Shown one piece after another: positions 1 to 7,551 of a stretch of DNA of 64,000 bases. The notes under the pieces are model-generated. The model was not told the DNA's origin and made no database searches. It saw only the letters and a program-made list of their open reading frames with translations. Origin of the DNA: Vicinamibacterales bacterium (GTDB lineage Bacteria > Acidobacteriota > Vicinamibacteria > Vicinamibacterales > 2-12-FULL-66-21); contig DASXLB010000033.1 in the NCBI GenBank assembly GCA_036496585.1, positions 1,014 to 65,013 of the forward strand, in the 5' to 3' direction. Within the stretch, counting starts at the first letter, position 1, and each line of letters starts with the position of its first letter. A program made the position numbers and the translations under genes.

Positions 1-317
1 CAGGCGCTGTCGGGAGGCAGGGAATAGGCACGTGCGACGACCGCCGCGGTCGCGCCAAGAGTCATGGCGAGGGCAACCGCCAGCGCTGGAATCCCGATGC
101 GCCATCCACGGAACGCCTCGCGTTGACTCTCGCGCAGAAGAGCCTCCCGCTGGTCAGGACTCCGGGCAAGTAGACTCGGAATCCGACGAGGATCCACGAG
201 TCCCGTCTCGCGGCGGTGACGCCGAAGCGCCTGGGCCAATACCGCGCCCGCCAGGGAACCGCAGAGTACGACGGCGACCTCGACGACAATCGACCCGGTG
301 GTGTCCAGCCGCATCAT
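1..317 (-). CDS. hypothetical membrane protein, N-terminal part only (gene runs off the left edge)
   Basis: Absent from the ORF track because there is no stop in the window. My reverse-strand reading finds GGAGGGAG followed by ATGATG at 317/314. Translation is MMRLDTTGSIVVEVAVVLCGSLAGAVLAQALRRHRRE...GIPALAVALAMTLGATAAVVARAY, with two hydrophobic segments, open to position 1. Confidence 0.45.
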   Translation of the reverse strand, partial: MMRLDTTGSIVVEVAVVLCGSLAGAVLAQALRRHRRETGLVDPRRIPSLLARSPDQREALLRESQREAFRGWRIGIPALAVALAMTLGATAAVVARAYSLPPDSA

Positions 318-431
318 CTCCCTCCACGTGACCGAGAGCAGGCCGGCATGTCGCGCCGACCCTGCGAGGCTCGCAGCATAACGCGAGACGCGCAGAGCCG
401 CGAAGCATCCCCGCAGCGGGGGGTCGCGCCG

Positions 432-670
432 TCAGCGATGTCCGATGCGCGCGAAGAACCGGTCGCGATAGGTGTCGGAGATCGGCACGTCGAGGCCGCC
501 GATGGCGATGCGTCCGCGCTCGATCGTCTCGATGCGAGCGAGCGCGACCATGTAGGACTGTGGACACGGCAGATCGAGTGCGCCGCAAGCTGCCGCTCGA
601 AATCCGCAAGGTCTGCAGTGTCATGAGCCGCCGCGTCGGTGCGTGGATCCAGCGAAAATCGCTCGCGCGG
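432..670 (-). pseudogene. possible truncated and frameshifted LytTR-type DNA-binding domain remnant
   Basis: My reverse-strand reading: the frame ending in TGA at 434-432 gives ...LPCPQSYMVALARIETIERGRIAIGGLDVPISDTYRDRFFARIGHR*. This resembles the C-terminal half of a LytTR domain (HRSyiVN...I..ie......vSR.y). The matching upstream half (...LADFERQLAAHSICRVHS) is in another frame, with the shift near 549-566. That frame is closed by the TAA of the upstream gene at 671-673, and there is no start codon. Confidence 0.35.
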
Positions 671-1195
671 TTACTTGACCTTCATTTTCACCGCCCAGAT
701 CGGACTGGCTTTGTACCCCGCATCCACCGCAATGCCGAAGTATTCGTGCGTGGATTCGGGCCTCCACCGCCCCTGAGCGTCGGCGGCGGTGACGAGCACC
801 TTGAAGATGCCCGGGACGTTCGTCGGCACCTTCTCGATCGGCACGACTTTCCAGTCCTGCGGAGTCGCGGTACTCGGGGTGTCCGGCGAAGCGTTCCCGC
901 CGAGCCGATAGCCGTGCCACTCGAGGCCCTTCAGCGGCGCCGTGGCCAGTTCGGGAAGGTTCAGATAGATCGGACTGACCCTGGCGACGGAGGGAACGCT
1001 GTACTCCGGCAGTTCCGGGTACAGGCGCGGCCCGTAGGTCGTGCCCAGCGTTCCCAGTTTCGGTATTTCCACGAGGTAGCCGTCGGCCTCGATGAAGACG
1101 CCTGGCTGCTTGATTTCCGGCATCCCGCCACCACAGCCGGTTGACCCCAGCAAGATCACGAGCGCGGACAGAAGCCAGCGGGCCTGTGACGACAT
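671..1195 (-). CDS. putative lipoprotein, unknown function
   Basis: 174-aa ORF. The N-terminus MSSQARWLLSALVILLGSTGCGGG looks like a signal peptide with a lipobox-like LGSTGC. No recognisable catalytic motif. Confidence 0.6.
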   Translation of the reverse strand: MSSQARWLLSALVILLGSTGCGGGMPEIKQPGVFIEADGYLVEIPKLGTLGTTYGPRLYPELPEYSVPSVARVSPIYLNLPELATAPLKGLEWHGYRLGGNASPDTPSTATPQDWKVVPIEKVPTNVPGIFKVLVTAADAQGRWRPESTHEYFGIAVDAGYKASPIWAVKMKVK

Positions 1196-1334
1196 GCGCT
1201 CAATCGTATCCTCACACGGGCGTGGCGCTTGCGCATCAGCGGCTGCCCCATGCCATCGTCGAGCCGTGCAACCGTGGCCGGCGATGAGAGATAATCGCGG
1301 CCGGAACTGACGGATTCACACTGAGGAGCACCCC

Positions 1335-1706
1335 ATGCCTGTTCGTCGACTCTCGGTATTGATCGTCGCGATGCTCGCTCTGGCCGGGACCGTGTTCGGG
1401 GCAGACATCAGCGGTAAGTGGACCGCCAGCTTCGACACGCAGATCGGCCAGCAGAACTACACCTATGAGTTCACCACCAAAGGCGACGTGGTGACCGGCA
1501 CGGCCAAATCGGAGAATGGGGAATCGGTCCTGCGCAACGTCAAGGTCGACGGCAACAAGCTGACCTTCGTCGAGATGCTGAAGTTCCAGGACATGGACAT
1601 CGAGATCACGTACACCGGCACGATCGTCTCCGCTGACGAGATCAAGTTCACGCGGCAGGTCGGCGAGTTTGCCACCGAGGAGCTGGTCGCGAAACGCGCG
1701 AAGTGA
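1335..1706 (+). CDS. small secreted protein, unknown function
   Basis: 123-aa ORF. GAGGAG lies 6 nt upstream of the ATG. Signal peptide LSVLIVAMLALAGTVFGADISGKW, followed by a beta-rich mature part. Confidence 0.6.
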   Translation: MPVRRLSVLIVAMLALAGTVFGADISGKWTASFDTQIGQQNYTYEFTTKGDVVTGTAKSENGESVLRNVKVDGNKLTFVEMLKFQDMDIEITYTGTIVSADEIKFTRQVGEFATEELVAKRAK

Positions 1707-1751
1707 TCCCTGGCCCACGGCCAGGGATTCGGCGCCGCGGAGCCTGCCTGC

Positions 1752-3020
1752 GTGTACCAGATCGACAGTTCCGAGGACGCTCTCCGCGGCGCCACCGAGA
1801 TGGTGCGCCGTCCCTCGCGGCTGCAGGTCAGCCGCCGGGTGTGGCTGCTCGGCCTGACCAGCCTGTTCACCGATGTCTCGTCCGAGATGGTGGCCTCGGT
1901 GCTGCCGCTCTATGCCCTCGTCAAGCTCAAGCTCGATCCGTGGGCCGTCGGGCTGATCGGCGGTGTCTATGTGGGCGGCGCGTCGTTCGTCCGGCTCGTC
2001 GGGGGTGGCGTCGCAGACAGCACGGGATCGTACAAGGCTGTCGCGGTCACCGGCTATACCCTGTCGGTGGCATCGCGCATCGGCCTCGTCGTGTTCGGAG
2101 GATCCTGGACGAACCTGCTCTGGGTGGTGGCGATCGACCGGCTCGGGAAGGGACTGCGCAGCGATGCGCGCGATGCCTTGATTTCATTTAGCGCAACGCC
2201 TGAGCGGCTGGCGACGGCATTCGGCGTCCATCGCGCCCTCGACACCGCGGGCGCCATGCTCGGACCGCTGGTCGCATTTGGATTGCTGTGGGCGGCACCC
2301 GATGCCTACGACGCGGTCTTCGTGGTGAGCGCGTGCACGGCGGTGGTCGGCCTCGCCATCCTGGTGCTGTTCGTCGAGGATGTCGGCGCCGACGCTCCCG
2401 CGGCGGGACGCCGGGAGCGTCCGACGCGGCGCCTCGTGATGCAGACGCTTCAACTCGCGGGCATCCGCCCGCTGCTCGCTGCCGGCGTCCTGCTGAACGT
2501 CGCGATCATCAGCGATGCGTTCTTCTTCCTCACGCTGCAGCGCCGTTTTGCCTTGTCGTCGAGCTCCTTTCCCCTGTTGTACGTGGCCACCTCGGCGGTC
2601 TACATGGTGCTGGCTTTGCCAGCCGGCCTGCTTGCCGATCGCGCCGGACGGCTGCGCGTCTTTCTCGGGAGCCACGCGGTGCTCCTGATGGCGTACGCCG
2701 CACTGCTCCTCCCCTCACGAGGCCGTGTCGAGATCGCCGGCTTCGTGGTGCTCTTCGGAGCGTACTATGCCGGAACGGATGGCGTGCTGATGGCGCTGGT
2801 CGGCAGCCGGCTCCCAAGCGCGCTCCGCGGGACCGGCATGGCCTCGATGACCACGCTCACGGGCCTGGCCCGTTTCGGCGCCTCGCTGCTGTTTGGATGG
2901 CTGTGGACGTGGGGAGGGCTCAATCGCGCCGTGGGCATCACCGCAGCGTCATTCCTCGTCGCAGTCGTGCTGAGCACGTTCCTGCTGCAATCGAGGCAAA
3001 CCCGGACCTCCTTCAGTTGA
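1752..3020 (+). CDS. MFS transporter
   Basis: 422-aa ORF with many hydrophobic helices. It has an MFS-like loop DRLGKGLRSDARDA and the motif LFTDVSSEM. The start is uncertain: GTG at 1752 or ATG at 1800. Confidence 0.75.
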   Translation: MYQIDSSEDALRGATEMVRRPSRLQVSRRVWLLGLTSLFTDVSSEMVASVLPLYALVKLKLDPWAVGLIGGVYVGGASFVRLVGGGVADSTGSYKAVAVTGYTLSVASRIGLVVFGGSWTNLLWVVAIDRLGKGLRSDARDALISFSATPERLATAFGVHRALDTAGAMLGPLVAFGLLWAAPDAYDAVFVVSACTAVVGLAILVLFVEDVGADAPAAGRRERPTRRLVMQTLQLAGIRPLLAAGVLLNVAIISDAFFFLTLQRRFALSSSSFPLLYVATSAVYMVLALPAGLLADRAGRLRVFLGSHAVLLMAYAALLLPSRGRVEIAGFVVLFGAYYAGTDGVLMALVGSRLPSALRGTGMASMTTLTGLARFGASLLFGWLWTWGGLNRAVGITAASFLVAVVLSTFLLQSRQTRTSFS

Positions 3021-4582
3021 CGACACGCCACGATCCTGACGCTGCCGCTGGCGAAACGCCTCAGCCGCCCCGGCTCTCGACGCCTGGCGGCCGGAGCGGC
3101 CGTCGTGCGCTGTTCGCCCTCATCGCTCTGGCCTGCGCGCTCGTCAGCGTCCTCTACGTACACAACGTTCTGGATCGACAGCGGGCGAGGCGAATCTCGC
3201 GTGCGGGCAGTCGTGCCGTCGAGGCTCGCACCGGCGACTCCCTCGCAACCGTGCCGGGTTCGCTGGTGCTGTTCAGCAGTCTCGTTCCGGGCGACGGTCT
3301 CCGCTACCGAGTGGCGCTGGCATCGATCGCGGAGCCGACCGGTCCCCGCGCGCTATCGGGCCTGGTGTGCGAGCAGGTGTACTTCGCCGGCGCACACGGC
3401 GTCTGCCTTGGCGAAGGGGGCGGCCGGACGGCGCTCGACTATGGGGTCACCGACACCCACGCTTACGTCTTCGGATCCGATTTCCAGATCCGCTACGACA
3501 TTCCACTGGGCGGCGTCCCGAGCCGTGTGCGTGTTTCGCGCGACGGACGCGTCGGCGCCGCGACGGTCTTCGTGATCGGCCATTCGTATGCGGACGCCGC
3601 CTTTTCGACCGCCACGACGCTGATGGACCTGACGACCGGGCGCACGATAGGCAATCTCGAGACGTTTGCGGTGTGGCGCGACGGACGCCCTTTCCAGTCC
3701 GTCGACTTCAACTTCTGGGGCGTCACCTTCGCGCCCGACGGCGATCGCTTCTATGCATCGCTCCGGAGCGGCGGCCACACCTACCTGGTGGAAGGCTCCA
3801 TTGCCGCGCGCCGGATGCAGACGCTCCGCGAGAACGTCGAGTGTCCCTCGCTGTCTCCGGATGGAACCCGCCTGGCGTTCAAGACACGCATCAGGAGTAC
3901 GGTCACTTCCGACTGGCGCTTCCACGTGCTCGATCTCGCGTCGATGCGGGACACGGTACTGGCCGAACCGCGCAGCATGGACGATCAGATCGAGTGGCTC
4001 GACGACCGCCACGTCCTCTACGGTGACGGGAACACGATCTGGATGTCCAATGCCGACGGCACCGGATCCCCCCGCCGCGTCCTGAGCCAGGCGATGTCAA
4101 TGTCCGTGCTCCGCGATGCAGCGGTCGGCAGGACGCTTGCCGGTTCCGCCACGACCGCCCTGACGCTGCCCGTGGCGGATCTGGCCGTCGCGATTCGGGC
4201 GTCCGGGCCCGAGGGTTCCGTCGGAGCGACGGTGCCTTACACGGTGACGGTGGCCAACAACGGCCCGGCCGATGCCACCGCATTGAAGATCGACCAGATC
4301 CTGACGGCGGGTCTGACGCTCGCTGGTCCGCTGAGAATCACGACCGCCGGCGAGAGCTACGGGTGCTCGCAGTATGACGAGGGGCACACGTCCTGCGACA
4401 CCGCGAAACTGGCGCGAGGCGACGTCTGGACCATCTCGTTCGACGTGCGCGTCAACGCTCCCGGACCTCAGCGCGTGCAGGTGTTCGTCAGCGGCGCCGA
4501 ATCCGACCCCGACGGGACGAACGACAGCGCCGAAGTCAGTACGACGGTCGGGAACGTCCCGCCGACGGCACCGCGGCGGTAG
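3017..4582 (+). CDS. membrane-anchored PD40/TolB-like beta-propeller protein with C-terminal DUF11-type repeat
   Basis: This is the C-terminal two thirds of ORF 2288..4582; the upstream part overlaps the MFS gene and is R/P-rich junk. TTG at 3017 overlaps the MFS stop (TTGA). There is a TM helix (LFALIALACALVSVLYV), a PD40-like motif (SLSPDGTRLAF), and a DUF11-like segment (DLAVAIRASGPEGSVGATVPYTVTVANNGPADATAL). The start is approximate. Confidence 0.6.
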   Translation: MTTRHDPDAAAGETPQPPRLSTPGGRSGRRALFALIALACALVSVLYVHNVLDRQRARRISRAGSRAVEARTGDSLATVPGSLVLFSSLVPGDGLRYRVALASIAEPTGPRALSGLVCEQVYFAGAHGVCLGEGGGRTALDYGVTDTHAYVFGSDFQIRYDIPLGGVPSRVRVSRDGRVGAATVFVIGHSYADAAFSTATTLMDLTTGRTIGNLETFAVWRDGRPFQSVDFNFWGVTFAPDGDRFYASLRSGGHTYLVEGSIAARRMQTLRENVECPSLSPDGTRLAFKTRIRSTVTSDWRFHVLDLASMRDTVLAEPRSMDDQIEWLDDRHVLYGDGNTIWMSNADGTGSPRRVLSQAMSMSVLRDAAVGRTLAGSATTALTLPVADLAVAIRASGPEGSVGATVPYTVTVANNGPADATALKIDQILTAGLTLAGPLRITTAGESYGCSQYDEGHTSCDTAKLARGDVWTISFDVRVNAPGPQRVQVFVSGAESDPDGTNDSAEVSTTVGNVPPTAPRR

Positions 4583-4685
4583 TTGGACCGGCCGCTCCTG
4601 TTCTGTATATTCAGGGCAGGAGGAGACCGTCACAATCCCGCCGACGCTCGCCCTGATCATCAAGCTGGCGGCCAGCAGCGCCGCC

Positions 4686-5327
4686 ATGGCGCTCCTCATC
4701 GGACAGTGCCGCAGACCTCGATGGTGGATCGGCCGCGTCTATCTCGACGTCATGAACCGCACCCACTCTGGCGTCACAGACTGGGGCCTCGGCCGCGTCT
4801 CGATCTCGCCCGGCGCGACGATTCTGGACGTCGGGTGCGGCGGCGGTCGCACGATCCAGAAGCTCGCCGAAGCGAGTGGCGGCCGCGTCTGCGGCGTGGA
4901 CTATTCCGCGGCGAGCGTTGCGGCGGCGCGGCGCACCAATGCCGCCGCCATCGCCGCCGGGCGCGTCGAGATCGTCGAAGGCTCGGTGTCGCGCCTGCCG
5001 TATCCCGACGCCAGCTTCGATGTCGTCACCGCCGTCGAGACGCACTACTACTGGCCGAACCTCGGTGAGGATCTCCGGGAAGTCCGGCGCGTGCTCGAGC
5101 CCGGCGGCCAGGTCGTCGTCATCGCCGAAGTGTACCGGCGGAAAAAGCCGGCCTCGGCGTTGTTCGGCCCGATCATGCGGTTGCTCGGCGGCAGATACGT
5201 CACGGCCGACGAGCATCGCGCCGCCCTGATGCAGGCGGGCTTTGTCGAGGTCGCAGTCCACGAAGACCGCCGGGGCTGGATCTGCGCGACCGGCCGCTCC
5301 CCCATGTCGCCGTCGCCCGCCGCCTGA
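4686..5327 (+). CDS. class I SAM-dependent methyltransferase
   Basis: SAM-binding motif ILDVGCGGGRT and acidic loop VCGVDYS. ATG at 4686 was chosen because the upstream part of ORF 4374..5327 overlaps the preceding gene. Confidence 0.75.
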   Translation: MALLIGQCRRPRWWIGRVYLDVMNRTHSGVTDWGLGRVSISPGATILDVGCGGGRTIQKLAEASGGRVCGVDYSAASVAAARRTNAAAIAAGRVEIVEGSVSRLPYPDASFDVVTAVETHYYWPNLGEDLREVRRVLEPGGQVVVIAEVYRRKKPASALFGPIMRLLGGRYVTADEHRAALMQAGFVEVAVHEDRRGWICATGRSPMSPSPAA

Positions 5328-5347
5328 TCGTCGTCGCGGCCGGACCG

Positions 5348-5815
5348 CTATTCCGACTGCTTGCTCACCGAAAAGACGATGTAGGCGGCGTCGGTCGTCC
5401 CCACGTTGTGCAGGCCGTGGGTGAGGTTCGAGGCGCTGAAGATGATGTCGCCCGGACCGACGGGGATGATGGTGCCGTTGTCGTCGTATTCCAGCGAGCC
5501 CGACTGGATAAAGAGCCATTCGCTGTTGGGATGATGGTGGGGCGGGTGCGGCATCTTGCCGGCAGGCAGCACCGTCTCGTGGATCTCGACGAACTCGCCG
5601 GTGGGCAGCGTTCCCGACATCACGCGCCGCTGGATGCCGCCGTTGTCGAGCTTGACGGCCGGCAAGTCCTTGAAGCGAACGACACGCGATTTCGAGAGCT
5701 CGGCAGTGGTGAGTCTCCCCTGCGGCGGCGTCTGGGCAGAGGCCTCGTTGGCCGCCATCAGTATCGCCAGGGCCGGGAAGAGCGCGAACAGTTGGCGACG
5801 ATCCAGATCGGACAT
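5348..5815 (-). CDS. cupin-domain protein with twin-arginine signal peptide
   Basis: MSDLDRRQLFALFPALAILMAANEASAQ carries a Tat-like RRQLF motif. Cupin motifs are HPPHHHPNSEWLFIQSGSL and PGDIIFSASNLTHGLHNVG. GGAGGAGGA lies just upstream of the ATG at 5815. Confidence 0.7.
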   Translation of the reverse strand: MSDLDRRQLFALFPALAILMAANEASAQTPPQGRLTTAELSKSRVVRFKDLPAVKLDNGGIQRRVMSGTLPTGEFVEIHETVLPAGKMPHPPHHHPNSEWLFIQSGSLEYDDNGTIIPVGPGDIIFSASNLTHGLHNVGTTDAAYIVFSVSKQSE

Positions 5816-5866
5816 CGGCATTCCTCCTCCAAAAAGTGAGCACAACCATACACGTCTTTGACCGTA

Positions 5867-5893
5867 TGTCACATTTCTCCGGCCTGTCGCGTC
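5867..5893 (+). promoter_or_regulatory. ECF41-type promoter TGTCACA-N16-CGTC
   Basis: TGTCACA at 5867-5873, an exactly 16-nt spacer, and CGTC at 5890-5893. GGAG at 5909-5912 and ATG at 5920 follow at appropriate distances. This matches the published ECF41 target promoter signature as I recall it (Wecke et al. 2012). Confidence 0.7.
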
Positions 5894-5919
5894 TCACCAG
5901 GAGAGACTGGAGCACTGAG

Positions 5920-6558
5920 ATGATCAAGTGGACACTGCACAGCGCCATTGCCAGGTTCGAGCGGGCGTGGGGCTACGACGCCAGCTATATGCACGAGATG
6001 ATCGACGCGAGTCCGCGCGCCGCGTGGCTCTTCTCCCGCGTCGCCGCCCTCGGTCGATTCCGGCGTGACGTCCCGATCGACGCGTGGTGCGCGGCCGGCC
6101 TCACGGCGGTGCGCCACGAAGACTGCGGCCCGTGCACGCAGCTGGCCGTCGAGATGGCGGAGCGCGCCGGCGTCAGTTCCGCGGTGCTGCGGGCGGTGCT
6201 CACCGACAACGCCGCCGCGATGCCGCCGGACGTGGCGCTCGCCTGGAGCTTCACGCGCGCCGCGCTCGCGCACGATCCGCGCGCCGACGAATACCGCGAG
6301 GCGATCGTGCGGCTGTGGGGACGCCGGGCCCTCGTCAGCCTCGCCTTCGCGATGACCGCGGCGCGCCTCTACCCGACCGTCAAGTACGCGCTCGGTCACG
6401 GCCACGCGTGTATGCGCGTCGTGGTCGGCGGCGAGCCGCTCGTTTTTGATCAGAAAGGGGCTCAGAAGGGGGATCAGAGCGGGGATCAGACGGGGGATCA
6501 CCGAAGGGATCACGGCCGGGCCGCGGCACGGCGCGGATCGGCGGTCGGCACAGCGTGA
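5920..6558 (+). CDS. carboxymuconolactone decarboxylase (AhpD-like) family protein, the 'COE' partner of the ECF41 sigma
   Basis: CxxC-containing motif VRHEDCGPCTQLAVEMAERAG, typical of CMD/AhpD-like proteins. The position directly upstream of the ECF41 sigma also fits. The start at 5920 was chosen from the promoter and SD geometry; the ORF track start is 5836. The stop overlaps the sigma start (GTGA). Confidence 0.6.
   Translation: MIKWTLHSAIARFERAWGYDASYMHEMIDASPRAAWLFSRVAALGRFRRDVPIDAWCAAGLTAVRHEDCGPCTQLAVEMAERAGVSSAVLRAVLTDNAAAMPPDVALAWSFTRAALAHDPRADEYREAIVRLWGRRALVSLAFAMTAARLYPTVKYALGHGHACMRVVVGGEPLVFDQKGAQKGDQSGDQTGDHRRDHGRAAARRGSAVGTA
6448..6519 (+). repeat. six tandem 12-nt units (GATCAGNNNGGG-like), in frame within the CMD-like gene
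   Basis: GATCAGAAAGGG GCTCAGAAGGGG GATCAGAGCGGG GATCAGACGGGG GATCACCGAAGG GATCACGGCCGG. These encode DQKG AQKG DQSG DQTG DHRR DHGR and contain five GATC sites. Confidence 0.85.
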
Positions 6559-7505
6559 CCGGCGCCAGCGCGACGCCGGATCCCGCCGCGAGTTTCGAGC
6601 CGGACCGGCGCCGGCTGCGCGGCCTCGCCTACCGGATGCTGGGATCGATGGCCGACGCCGAGGACGCCGTGCAGGAGGCGTACCTGCGCTGGCATGCGGC
6701 CGCGCGTGACCGCGTGCTGGATCCGCGAGCGTTTCTCATGACCACCACCACCCGCATCTGTCTCGATATGCTGACGTCGGCGCGCGCGCGGCGCGAGGAG
6801 TACGTCGGCCCGTGGCTGCCCGAGCCGGTGCTCGACACGGCGGCGCTCGCGCCCGACCGCCGCACCGAATTGGCAGAGGACCTGTCGGTCGCGCTGCTGT
6901 TGACGCTCGACCGCCTGTCCCCGCTCGAGCGCGCGGCCTTCCTGCTGCACGACGTCTTCGATTTCTCGTTCGACGAGGTCGCCGGCGCGCTGGAGCGGAA
7001 CCGGGCGGCGTGCCGTCAGCTGGCCGCCCGCGCGCGTGCGCACGTGCGCGCCGTCCGGCCGCGCGGGGCGGTCGCGCCCCCGGTCCGGGCCGGCGAGGTC
7101 GACGCGAAACACGTGCAGCTCATGTCCACGTTCGTCGCTGCGACGCGGTCGGGAGATCTCGACAGTCTGATGCGGCTGCTCACGAGCGACGTGCGGGTCG
7201 TGACCGACGGCGGCGGCAAGGCCGCGGCGCCGCTCAACGTGATCGACGGGGCCGATCGCGCGGCGCGTTTCCTGATTGGCGCCGCGCGCAAGGGGTGGCG
7301 CGACGACTTCCGGATGCGGGTGTCGGCGATCAACGGGCTCCCCGGGGTGATCGTCGACGCGCCCGACGGACCGGTCCAGACGGCGGCGTTCGAGTTCGAC
7401 GGCGATGCCATCCGGGCGCTCTACGTGATCCGCAATCAGGACAAGCTGCGGCATCTGCCGGCGCCGGCGGCACCCGACGGCGGCGACGGCCGATCCGCCG
7501 GCTGA
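6555..7505 (+). CDS. ECF sigma factor, group ECF41 (SigJ-like, fused C-terminal SnoaL-like regulatory domain)
   Basis: 316 aa. Sigma-2/4 regions are LRGLAYRMLGSMADAEDAVQEAYLRW and LSPLERAAFLLHDVFDFSFDEVA. ECF41 signature motifs are WLPEP (GPWLPEPVL), DGGGK (TDGGGKAAAP) and NPDKL-like (RNQDKLRHL). No anti-sigma gene is adjacent. Confidence 0.85.
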   Translation: MTGASATPDPAASFEPDRRRLRGLAYRMLGSMADAEDAVQEAYLRWHAAARDRVLDPRAFLMTTTTRICLDMLTSARARREEYVGPWLPEPVLDTAALAPDRRTELAEDLSVALLLTLDRLSPLERAAFLLHDVFDFSFDEVAGALERNRAACRQLAARARAHVRAVRPRGAVAPPVRAGEVDAKHVQLMSTFVAATRSGDLDSLMRLLTSDVRVVTDGGGKAAAPLNVIDGADRAARFLIGAARKGWRDDFRMRVSAINGLPGVIVDAPDGPVQTAAFEFDGDAIRALYVIRNQDKLRHLPAPAAPDGGDGRSAG

Positions 7506-7529
7506 CGCTCCCGCCGCCTCACGCGTCCC

Positions 7530-7551
7530 CACGCCGTGCGTTCACGGCGTG
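7530..7551. terminator. 9-bp perfect hairpin between convergent genes (possible bidirectional terminator)
   Basis: CACGCCGTG cgtt CACGGCGTG. It overlaps the stop codon of the 2131-aa gene. There is no clear U-tract on either strand. Confidence 0.3.

Noticed and set aside
2288-3016. N-terminal 243 codons of ORF 2288..4582
   Set aside because: They overlap the MFS transporter gene in another frame and translate to R/P/A-rich junk. The real gene most likely starts at the TTG at 3017, just before its TM helix.
5836-5919. Longer start (GTG 5836 or ATG 5866) for the CMD-like gene
   Set aside because: The ECF41-type -35/-10 elements (5867-5893) lie inside that extension. A GGAG-ATG pair at 5909-5922 fits a transcript starting near 5900.
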